This document shows positions 35,870 through 46,959 of a DNA stretch of 64,000 nucleotides, one piece after another (the stretch's first letter is position 1; every line of letters begins with the position of its first letter). The DNA is taken from NCBI RefSeq assembly GCF_035084215.1, contig NC_090336.1:40486001-40550000 (forward strand), read 5' to 3'. This DNA comes from Heptranchias perlo (taxonomy: Eukaryota). Under the pieces are notes generated by a model. It was not told where the DNA came from, ran no database searches, and saw only the letters and a program-made list of their open reading frames with translations. Made by a program: the position numbers and the translations under genes.

Positions 35870-37410
35870 TTTTGCCATTTAATGTATATGCCCTCTCTTG
35901 GTATTCTTCCTACCAAAATGAATCACCCTACATTTCTCTGCATTAAATTTCATCTGTCATCAATCGGTTCAGTTTACTAACATGTCTTTGTCCTCCTCAT
36001 ATGACTTACTGATCTTTCCAAGATTAACCATGCTTCCTATTTTAATGTCTGTATATAAGAACATAAGAAATAGGAGCAGGAGTAGGCCATATGGCCCCTC
36101 GAGCTTGCTCCACCATTCAGTAAGATCATAGCTGATCTTCGACCTCAACTCCACTTTCTCGCCTGATCCTTATATCCCTTGATTCCCTTAGAGTCCAAAA
36201 ATCTTTCGATCTCAGCCTTGAATATACTTAACGACTGAGTGTCCAGAGCCCTCTGGGGTAGAGAATTCCAAAGATTCATCACCTGAATTTCTATTTCAGT
36301 GAAGAAATTCCTCCTCATCTCAGTCCTAAATGGCTGACCCCTTATGCTGAGACTTTGCCCCCTAGTTCTAGACTCTCCAGCCAGGGGAAACAGCCTCTCA
36401 GCATCTACCCCTGTCAAGTCCACTAAGAATTTTATACGATTCAAGGAGATACCCTCTCATTCTTCTAAACTCCCGAGAATATAGGCCCATTTTACTCAAT
36501 AGGAGACCATCCTCTCATCCCAGGAATCAATCTAGTAAACCTTTGTTGTACTGCCTCTAAGGCAAGTACATCGTTCCTTAGGTAAGGAGACCAAAACTGT
36601 ACACAGTACTCCAGGTGTGGTCTCACCAAGGCCCTGTACAATTGTAGCAAGACTTCCTTACGCTTGTACTCTGACCCCCTTGCAATAGAGGCCAACAAGT
36701 ATTGATATTATGCCTCTATGAAATAAAAGAGAAGCAGAGGTCCCAATACAGACCCAGGGGCACGGCATTGTTGTATTCTCAGTTGAAAAAACATACATTA
36801 ACCGTGACTTTGTTTTCTATACCCATCCTATCCATTCTGTCACATTCCCTTTAATACCATGTGTCCTTTCAAGAATTCTCTTATGAAGAACTGTATCAAA
36901 TTACTTTTGATAATCCACATCTGCTGCATTTCTTCTATCGAAACTCAATTATTAACTCAAGACAATTTATAAAATTTGTCAGTCATGATTTGCCTTTTAC
37001 AAATCTGTCTTTATAGGTTAGTATTAATTTTATCTTGTTTTATGGCCTGTAGAAGCTTCCCCCTACACTAATGTTAGGCTGACTAGTTTATAGTTATCTG
37101 GTTTATTCCTTTCTCCCCTTTTGAACATGTGTATTACATTGAGAATCCTCCTGTCCTTTGGCACAACCAAACATCCAAGAAGGTTTGAAAGACTGTGATC
37201 TGCGATTTCATCCCTAACTTCCCTACACATTCTGGGATGCGTGCCATCAGGGCCCAGTGTGTTTTCCACTTTTATATTTTCAACACTACTTCCTTATCTA
37301 TCTTTCTCTTGTACCTTTTCATCTGGACTACCACATTCTTCTGTGAAAACTGAGCAAAGTACTTACTTAGTATCTCTGCCATACCTTCATCCTCCATAAG
37401 AAGATTTTCC
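35870..37410 (-). mobile_element. CR1 fragments: a younger 3' piece (36057-36700) nested in an older copy
   Basis: LYRALVRPHLEYCVQFWSP, LWNSLPQ, GPDGTHPR motifs; (TTCTTATG)n tail at ~36057. Confidence 0.85.
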
Positions 37411-38304
37411 TTTTTAACTGTCCTAGCCTACTGGACTAGTGTAATTTTCACATCTATAACATTTTACAAAGATATTTTTGTCATGGGCATTTCATTTTCC
37501 CTTCTGAATTCTAATGCTGCTCTTGCCCTTGTGCTTGGTGCAGTATGTTGCAAAAATGAATTTCTTATGAAGTGAATATAAGTTTCCTCCTAAGATGCAG
37601 TACATTGTAACATGGCCATAGAGGTACTTGTTGCAAAAAGAAATGGTGTTAACCACTGGGCCACCTGTACTCCTGAGTAATCCAATTTTCAGGTTTTGCT
37701 TGTATTGAAACCATTCTTTTAAAGAATCTGGCTGGCTTTAAGAAACCATCACTGCAGCACCTGTTCTTATAGTTTGTTCAGTAAAGCTGATGATACCATT
37801 GTCTCTGTCATTTCTAGAATTGTATATTCCTATTTCTAGAACTTATTTTTAGTTTGGAATTTAGATGGAAATGCTTCAATTTTACAGTAAATATATCTAC
37901 TGAACATAATCAGCACATTAAATTATGGGAATTTGGTCCTCCATAGTAACCACTGAATAGGAGAAAATGTGCCCCATGATAATCCTTAATATTCTGAAGG
38001 TGTTTATGGAAGTGCGAAAATCTTATTACTGAAGTAATGTATAATGAGAGGATTTTGGCTTTTTAAGTAATTAGTCTTATCCCAAGCGTATAATGTTTTA
38101 AACATCTCTTTAAATCTATTTGCACGGATTAAAAAACAACAGTATTGTTGTAAAACCTGAAATGCCGAAGATTTTAATTGAGCAGCTGTTCTTTGACATT
38201 AGTATGCAAAAGCAAATGATGAGGAAATCTGCAGTATTTTTTAAAGATTTATTAGTGAATTGGGTAGTATGGCATTTCTTTCTATGTGTAATTTCTTTCT
38301 TAGG

Positions 38305-38714
38305 TGTCAGCCATGGCTGAGTGGCAGCACACTCATCTCTGAGTCAGAAGGTTGTGGGTTCAAGTTCCACTCCAGAGACTTGAGCACATAATCTAGGCTG
38401 GCACTTCAGTGCAGTACATAGGGAGTGCTGCACTGCCGGAGGTGCCATCTTTCAGATGAGATTTCAGACCGTCTGCATTCTCAGGTGGATGTAATAGATT
38501 CCACAGTACTATTCGAAGAATAGCCGGGGATTTCTTCCCGTGTTCTGGCCAACATTTATCTCCCAACATCTAAAACAGATGATTTGGTCATTTATTTCAT
38601 TGTTGTTTGTGGGATCTTGCTGTACACAAATTGGCTATCATGTTTCTTACATTACAACAGTGAATAAACTTCAAAAGTAAAGAGCTTTGGGATGTCCTGA
38701 GGTCATGAAAAACT
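38305..38714 (+). mobile_element. tRNA-derived Deu-domain SINE (SacSINE1-like)
   Basis: A/B-box-like head (TGGCTGAGTGG...GGTTCAAGTTCC), conserved core, L2-like tail GGGATGTCCTGAGGTCATGAAA running into the gap. Confidence 0.8.
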
Positions 38715-38859
38715 NNNNNNNNNNNNNNNNNNNNNNNNNNNNNNNNNNNNNNNNNNNNNNNNNNNNNNNNNNNNNNNNNNNNNNNNNNNNNNNNNNNNNN
38801 NNNNNNNNNNNNNNNNNNNNNNNNNNNNNNNNNNNNNNNNNNNNNNNNNNNNNNNNNNN
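38715..38859. other. Assembly gap (145 N)
   Basis: Run of N. Confidence 1.
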
Positions 38860-41493
38860 GGGCAAAGCCCACCTATAAATGGTGTAAATACCAATCCATA
38901 ATGGCTACGGGAAGATACTTTCCCTCCTCAGTGCTGCTGTCTCAATTTTAATATTTGGATTTATAGGATCCAACTGTTTGAACAATCAGTTATGCTTTCA
39001 AATTTCAGCTTTTTTTTAAACTTTCAATTAATTTTGATTTTAGCTGTTTACTACTAGTAAATCCTTCACTGGTTTGAAGTGGGCAGTTGATCCTAATGTT
39101 TTTCTTTATGTCGTTCATGTAGTGGATCATGTCATGTCCTATTTCTTCTGTTAGTCTATGTTTAGTGTGTTAGAAGTAAAAGCACTCAGTGTTGACCCTT
39201 GTTATTGGCACTTGGTTGATGTGATATAAAACAACAGTAACCTCTATAGCACATGCAGATACTTAAATGCTCTTCAAGTACAGTTGCATTGCGATTCACA
39301 AGCATGCTTTTAATACTCAGGTAGACCTTTTGCTGTCAGCCAACTTTATGGTGAGTTAAAGTGGGCTTTGTAAATAGTTTTCTACATAATTCATGTATGT
39401 TGGTTTTTAGTGAAGTTGACTTATGCTGCAGCTGTATAGTAATGTACTGAATGACACCTGATACTTGTGTTACTCCAAAGCTGAGTCAACAAGAAGAGAA
39501 ACTACAGCAGTTGAGATGAACTAAGAATATATATTTTTTAAATTTCAGTAGTTGAGGTTCTATCCAGTGGTTTTAGCTGGGGCCTTCAGTGCTAATCGCA
39601 TCTGTTTTGTCAGTTTTGAATGTCATTGACTGAAGAGACTTGAACATGGAAAAATATGGAGACTATGTGCAGAGAAATATAGAAATTGATTTTTCTGCTT
39701 TATGGTTAATGCAATATGACCAAGGCAGATTTGGTATTGAAAAAATAATATTTCCCTTTCACCCAAGTACTAGCTAAAACGTAATGTTAAATCAATATTT
39801 ATGCTTAGCAGCAGTCTTCGCCCAAATTTATTGCCAGTTTGGCTTTTGCATGCGGAGAGTTTGGGATCCTAGGTTACTCTATGCATGGAAACTTTTCAGT
39901 TTTTTTTGCTTTTTTTTTAAAAGAAGTCCTTGTTAACTGTAGTCTCAATATAAACAGAAGTTAGTTTTTGGGCTCACCCTCCTTGTTCCTCCTCCAGTAT
40001 TCTTCTTTGTTTTTTCCCTAATCTGAATGCAGAGATTCAGGCAGAAGTACAGTTCCACATTGGCCAGCAGCCCTCTGGTACCTCTCCCATGTGACTGTTC
40101 TTCATGAATGAGCCCAGCCTTGATCATTGATGAGCATCACATATGTCTTATAATATGTTAACTTGTCAGGGTGAGAACAACTACAGCTATCATTTTAATA
40201 GGATTTGGATTTGAATTATGAGATAATCAGAATAGAAAACTAACTGTTCTATTTCGAGAGTTTAAATTCAAATTGTTATTTCCCAGACTAACCTAAGCAG
40301 GGTATAGAGTAACTAAATGACAGTATCTTATTGCAATATAATGTTTTAAAAAACTGGACAATTTGGACCAACAATAGAGGATATGGCATCACCAAATTAA
40401 AATAAGAAATCAAATTTATATTTTGACAGTCTAGGTAAAAAAGTGGTTGCTTGTCATTGTTCATAGTCCACGTTAAATCTATTTTAGTTCACCTTTTCTT
40501 TCTTCCTTCTGCACTAAATGTATTTCAAGTTACCTTAGCTTTCCTCCAATAAAATGACAGTTGTGAAATATTATGGGTTTTTAATCAATACCTTTTCTGA
40601 TTCCAGATTTCCCTTGAATAAAACTTGAGTGGATTAGTTACCAAGTTAAATTTCTTTGACTGCCTTACCATCCTTTGTATACAAAAGTTGCACTTGATTG
40701 GTATTTATAACACATTTGTATATTGGTAGAGCATGGAGATCTTCACTATTTTAGATGTATAGATATAGTATATATATCACCAATATGATAATCAGCTGCA
40801 ATCACCTGTATAGGACATGACATTTCTCCCCCCACTTAATTTTCTGGACCATGCCAATGAATAACATATGGTGATTATTTTAGTAGTCTGTCTATTGCAA
40901 AAAATGCAGACAATGACACCTTACCATATTGTCTGCATTACAACAGTGACTACTCTTTAAAAATATTTATTTTGCTATGAAGCACTTTGGAATGTCCTGA
41001 GGTCGTGAAAGGCGCAATGTAAATGCAAGTTCTTTCTTCCAGTGTTGTGTCTTCAGTGAACATCACTAATATTATATTCAAACAAACTTAATTTTCTTTT
41101 CAATTTGTCCCTTCTAGAATATATAACATGGTAACATTAGCAAAGTTTTTTTTCTGTTTAACCATAACATTAATGGGTAAGATTTTGTTGATCAAAGCAT
41201 ATTTAATATTTTCTAGTCTAACAGTAAGTCAACTGTGCAGAGACTGGCTCTGATTATAATAACCCCTGGCCATCATTCAGCAACTTTTCTACTCTTCAAA
41301 AGGCTATCTTGTGGTAAATCAGTCAACTACAAGAACCTTTCTTGAAAACAGTTGTACTATATTAAATACTATAAATAATCTCTTTACACACAGGATTGCT
41401 ATTAGCTGGATCAACCACTGTGACAGTAGTGCATCCTTACCTCTAATATGAATGTAGTGCTGAGTTCTACTCAGTTTCTTCAAACAATATTAC

Positions 41494-41680
41494 CTGTACA
41501 GTACAAAACACTTTAAGAGACTGAACTTGCTTGTAGAATTAGAAGGTGCGGAACACTTGGTAAATATGTAGCATACAGGCAGCGTAGGAGATTTTTGAGC
41601 GAGTTTACAGCTGGGTTCAGACGGTACCAAGCACTTCCCTGATGAGAGTAACTGTCTGACTGCTGGCTCACAACAGATGC
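41494..41680 (-). promoter_or_regulatory. RAG2: Candidate RAG2 core promoter and non-coding exon 1
   Basis: Minus strand CAGTCAGACAGTTACTCTC (41644-41662) resembles the recalled mammalian RAG2 core promoter (CAGTCAGTTACTCC, c-Myb/Pax5 region); flanking E-boxes and an ETS motif; donor CAG|GTAATA at 41494/41493. Confidence 0.6.
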
Positions 41681-41885
41681 AACAATGACGTGGTATGTTG
41701 TAAACGTGCATGATAACCAATACATCTATGCATACATTACTGTATATCTGCAACATCTGATCTTGAGTCCTTTATTAACATTCACTTCCTCCCAAAAGTT
41801 TATAAAATCCTCCAAAGTAAATTCCCTTGGTTAGTTCTCTTACTGTTAATCTCATTTTAAATTAAGACTGGGACTTAAACATTGT

Positions 41886-42605
41886 GGCCCTGACTTTCCG
41901 CTTTGGGCATAATCGGCAATTGGGTACAAATTGCGCTCAAAGATTGCGCTGGCTGGGTTTTATTGTGAGTTTCCGCTAAATTGCATTAACATAATCACAA
42001 ACATAAAATCTTTCATGATCAGTGCAATCCAGCAGTTTAACAGAGCATAATCGTTTATTTTTTTTGCAATAAAAAATATTCATTGATGTATTTAAGAGTG
42101 GTAACCTGGTGCAGTTTTATTAATACAGCTGAAAATAGGTTGATCACAAACAATAAGCATTTTTAATAAGAGTGTCTAGTCCTCCACCTGTAAGTAACCT
42201 GGTTTTAAATCACTAATAATGACTTAAAAAAAACTATACTGAAGCATTTGCTGCTTTAATTTATGTACACTAGTCAGTAACTTGGTAAATTAAATATTTT
42301 TTAATATTTAAAAATGTTTAAAATGTGCCTTCTAATGCCTGTGCGCCTAAGAAAATTAGCTTAATTTTAAGACCCTCCTGGAACGGCTGGAGTTGGGCGC
42401 AACTGGCGGAAACTCGCCATCCTCGTTATTTCAATGGGTGGGGGGGGCATGGCCAGTTTTGTGGACGGGACCAGCTTCAGTGAGATTTTCTTTTGAGCCA
42501 ATGCAAAATATCGTGGAAACTCAAATTCCGCTGGGCGTAATAAATCAAAATTCCGCAATGTTTTGTGCTGAAAAAGCCAGCGCAATCTAGCGGAAACTCA
42601 GGGCC
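41886..42605. mobile_element. MITE, Harbinger-like (720 bp)
   Basis: 16-bp TIR GGCCCTGA(C/G)TTTCCGC at both ends; flanks TGT/TAT. Confidence 0.8.
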
Positions 42606-44980
42606 TATGAATTTAGGCTGCATATAGTGACACCACTATTCCCGGCCAGAATGGAAATGATTGGGTAATTTCCCTGTCAATCCCAGTAAATGGACTTTAT
42701 TAACTATAAAATAGACTGTTTGCTGTAAGTCTTGCCGTAAGTCCTGCCCCCACCTTCAACTCATTGGCTGACACAGTGGTGTCAATAGACGATCTGGTGC
42801 AAATGTCTATAAAACCCCAAAGAGGAGATATAGGCCTCCTTAACCTATTGTAATCTTTCAAAAGTGACAATAACAATATCTTTAGCCACTGTTTAATGTA
42901 ACAAGTGTTCAAGAGTGCTTTGACAGAAGCAGAGCTCTGTTGTCCCTCAAAGTGTAACATCGCTGTGTGATATCTTCATATAAAGTTATGGATAAGCCAA
43001 TATATTGTGAATTTAAAATGGATTTCTTATAGCTGTATTCTTAAGAGTTCCTTTGTTTTTGTGAGGAAAAGACAATACCCAAGTTCTATCTAGGGATGTC
43101 TACATTTCTATGGGAAGCTATCTAATTCTATCTATGGAAAAGGACAAAAGACGTATGAGCAATCAATCAGCTAGCTCAGTCTGAGGAGGAAGCATGGCCT
43201 AGTGAGGGGAAACTTGATCAGCACATGCCCAGAGCTGGTCTGGATCAAAGGGCTAACCAAGAAAGCTAAGCGAGTCCATTACTAGGGAGTTTGTGGCGTA
43301 TTTTTATTATTTTTCTTGTTCTTGAGGAGGGTTCTGTAGTTAGTTGTATCAATGTAAGGTTTGATTATATTTGTCGCTCTGTATGTTCACTTGGTGTATG
43401 TAAAATAAAGCAGCTTAATGACTTATATCTGGCCTTGCTTCACCAAAGTATTTCAGTTCACCTTCGAAAAGATCGGAGAAGTGTACGTGAGGGCACGTGT
43501 GAGACACGATATCCAGTTCATATCTTATACGGGTCCCATTGTTTCACCCCCAGGTTATGCTATCATATAATTAGATTATGGGCAGAATGAGCACACTTCT
43601 GAATATAAGAGACTCTGATTGCTTATGGGAGAGACAAGAACCCACTGTACTCGTAAGAATATCTAAGACCTGAAATTTGTAATAACCACTTATGATTGGA
43701 AGTGACACACCATATAATATTGTAGAATGTCAGCACAAATAGGGCTAGTATATTGGTCTAGTATATTGGTACTGTAAGGTTGCCTTGAGTGTACTCTAAA
43801 TTCCCTTAAGGATTTGGTTTCCCTTTTCTTAAATGATTTGACATCATGGAATAGTAATAATAATTCCAGGTGAATCAAGAAGTTTTTGATTGGCTCAACA
43901 ATAGTCTTTAGGTCTTGTCTGCTTTGGGCATTGGGATGGCATTGAAAATCAACAGATGTACTCTATTTTAATTGGTTCAGGTACCATCAGAAGTGTTAAG
44001 TGAAAGGCTAAAGCATGAATGTTGCACATTGAAATCTTCTAGACCATTTTTAACACGAGATCTTGCTCTATTTCTTGCTGTATTTTTATTGTTAAATCAG
44101 AATCGCTATTCTGCAACATGTAATTTTCCAGTGTCCAGGGATTTTTGTAACTGTGTGATGAGTCCATCACCCATCACTAACAGTTACGTTTGCTGTAAAT
44201 GCATTATAATCGAATATTTCAAACACAGAATTATTCCTCAACTGTACAATAATTCTTGTATTACTATTTGCATGAAATGAATCATTCTGAGATTCAATAG
44301 AAGTTTTTAAAATTACAAACGACTTTGATAAAGTGAACAGGGAAAGATTATGAGGTGGTACTTCCTGCTCACTGCACCTGGGAATTCGTCATTTCCCAGA
44401 TGCAGTGAAGAGGAAAAAGGGGCAGAAAATTGTTGTCAGGTCTCCTCTCCACCCATCTTGCATCACGCTAGGATTTCCTGAGTGTCCTGAAAGAACATCA
44501 GTAGGAATGCACGTGGAGTAGGTGAAGGCCCAGTGATACCATTTTAACGAAGTGGGTGGGAGCGTTCTTGGCCTCAGTTTCTTCTGCCTACGATCTTTGG
44601 CCACACTAGTTTACCAAGGTGTGTAGATGGAATTAAGATACGGATCAGCCATGATCTAACTGAATGGCGGAACAGGCTCGAGGGGCTGAATGGCCTACTC
44701 CTGGTCCTATGTTCCTTCCTATGTAGTGGAGAAGTGTCTGAAGAAGCCTGGCACAAGGGCCTGCTTCAAGACTCCCCCAGACCAGAGGGTTTATGAGGTT
44801 CCTGGGGTTCTTGGGAACAGTTCCAAGATGTTGCAGGCAGATAAGAAATTACCTTCAAGCCCTCTCCACCCAAGGCCTCTCAGGTTTGCAGCTTTGCGCC
44901 TGTTTAGTGCTCAGTTTTGAAGCATAGGGTCCAGCTATGGGTTGAGCTTGCACTGGGAATTCACCAAGGGCAGGAAAATG

Positions 44981-45370
44981 CATAGAATCATAGAAAGTTA
45001 CGGCGCAGAAGGAGGCCATTCAGTCCATCCTGTCCGTGCTGGCCGAAAAAGAGGTATCCAGCTTAATCCCACTTTCCAGCACTTGGTCCGTAGCCCTAGG
45101 TTACGGCACTTCAAGTGCTCATCCAAATACTTTTTAAATGAGTTGAGGGTTTCTGCCTCTACCACCCTTTCAGGCAGTGAGCTCCAGACCTCCACCACCC
45201 TCTGGGTGAAAAAATTTCTCCTCAGCTCCCCTCTAATGATCCTACCAATTACTTTAAATCTGGTCACCGACCCCTCTGCCAAGGGAAATAGGTCCTCCCT
45301 ATCCACTCTATCTAGTCCTGTCATAATTTTATATACCTCAATTAATCTCCCCTCAGCCTCTTTTGTTCCT
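44981..45370 (-). mobile_element. CR1 family A 3' fragment
   Basis: DRVDREDLFPLAEGS...FFTQRVVEVWSSLPERVVEAETLNSFKKYLD; CATAGAATCATAGAA tail. Confidence 0.9.
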
Positions 45371-46959
45371 TTGAAAATTGCATCCTCCTCTGTAATAACA
45401 GATGTGTTGAGCCTGTCGGGGGAACAATGGGCTCTCAGAGAGGAAACTTGGCTCCTATTTCCTCTGGTTGGGGAGTCAAGTGATGAGAAGCCATCAATTT
45501 AAAGCTGCTGTTAAGAGAGTGAGGAGAGAGGTTAGAAGAAATTGTTTTATGCAGAAAGTTGTTGGAACATGGAATGCTTTGCCACAAGGAGTACTTGTGA
45601 CATAGGCTATTGTATGCTTTAAGGGGAAGAGTTGATGATCGTTTGAAGCAGAGGAAGGTACAGAGCTGTGGGGAGAGAACAGGGCAGTGGATTGCTCTAG
45701 CAAAGAGCTGACACAGAAACAATGGGCCAAACGGTCTCCACCTATGGTTTAAAATAAAATAAGAAACAAAGGTAAAGATACTTTAAATTGCTTACCTGTT
45801 TTCCTTTCCTGAAGATGCCTTGCAGTAATTCAGAGCAGGTGATGATTAAATTTTTAAAAGAAAATTGTCTCTCTAATTCACATGTAAGAATGAACATGCC
45901 TTAACTCTTGCCCAAAGCAAAATTGGGATGATCTGATGGCTGTAATTCAGTCCTTGCTGGGTGTTGTTTTTAATCCAGTCTGGTTTTGTACAAAGTATGT
46001 TCAGAAATCCATGCTACTGTAGTGCAAATGTTTGACTTGGCACTATAGTGAGTTTGCTTCTGTGAATGATCACAAACTTACCTAAAAATACGAAGAAATA
46101 CACAGTTTTGAATTTTATGTTTTTGAAAGTATAGTATTTAGTGAACACTTTGAAAAAATAATTTGAGGAATAGAATTCTCATTATTCTTTAATGATATGG
46201 CTGTAAAGGGTGCACACTGCCTCTCCCTGACTGTTTCACGTTCTTTATATTGTACTTTGCCAAACGTTACATTTTGTTTTGTGGTTGTTACTGTATGAAG
46301 AGCTTTTCCAAGAAAGGGACTTGACAGATGCCTACATTTCATCGGTTCAAACCACAGAAAGAGAAGAAGCTCTGTGCCCTGTTTAATTCATCACAATTAA
46401 ACTCTTCTCCGGAGATTTAGATTAGTATGTTTATAACTTGCTTTATGTTTTTAATAAGTATTTGGATGTCATTCTCACCATGGGACAGAAAATGGAGTCC
46501 CGATGCAGCAATGCTAGAATCATTACTGTTCAGGTGCAAGTTGTAACATGAGGTCAGTTCATTTTAAGAAATATTCGGTGCTCTTGGTGTTCAATGGGAG
46601 CAGGGTTAGGGGCAGATTATCGATGACAGCAGCTCTTAAGAGGCTGGTGGTCACCTTAAAGCTGTCCTGTGACTGAGGGTAAAAATGGAAGTAGATAAAG
46701 TTGAGAACTTCCCCATTCATTGACATAGTTTTGGAGGTCTTTCAGAGAAGGGTGGTTTATTTTTGGATGTGAGAGCCATCTTGCAGTAAACAGCAGTGTC
46801 AAAGCAGCATGGGTGAAGGTGATAGAGCATACGAATGTTGTCTCACCTGAGGCCAAAACCTGGGAGCAGGTGAGGAAGAAATTTGCTGGGCCGTGCAATG
46901 TTGCTTAGGTAAGTGTACTAATATGTGGCTTCGTTTTACAACATTGACTTCGATGGCAT

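Noticed and set aside
38305-38380. tRNA gene
   Set aside because: The A/B-box-like head continues into the SINE core and tail, with several diverged copies in the window.
38597-38894. ORFs spanning the N run
   Set aside because: Artefacts of the assembly gap.
42960-43640. Possible solo LTR (CCAAT and AATAAA motifs)
   Set aside because: I could not define TG...CA termini with a TSD.
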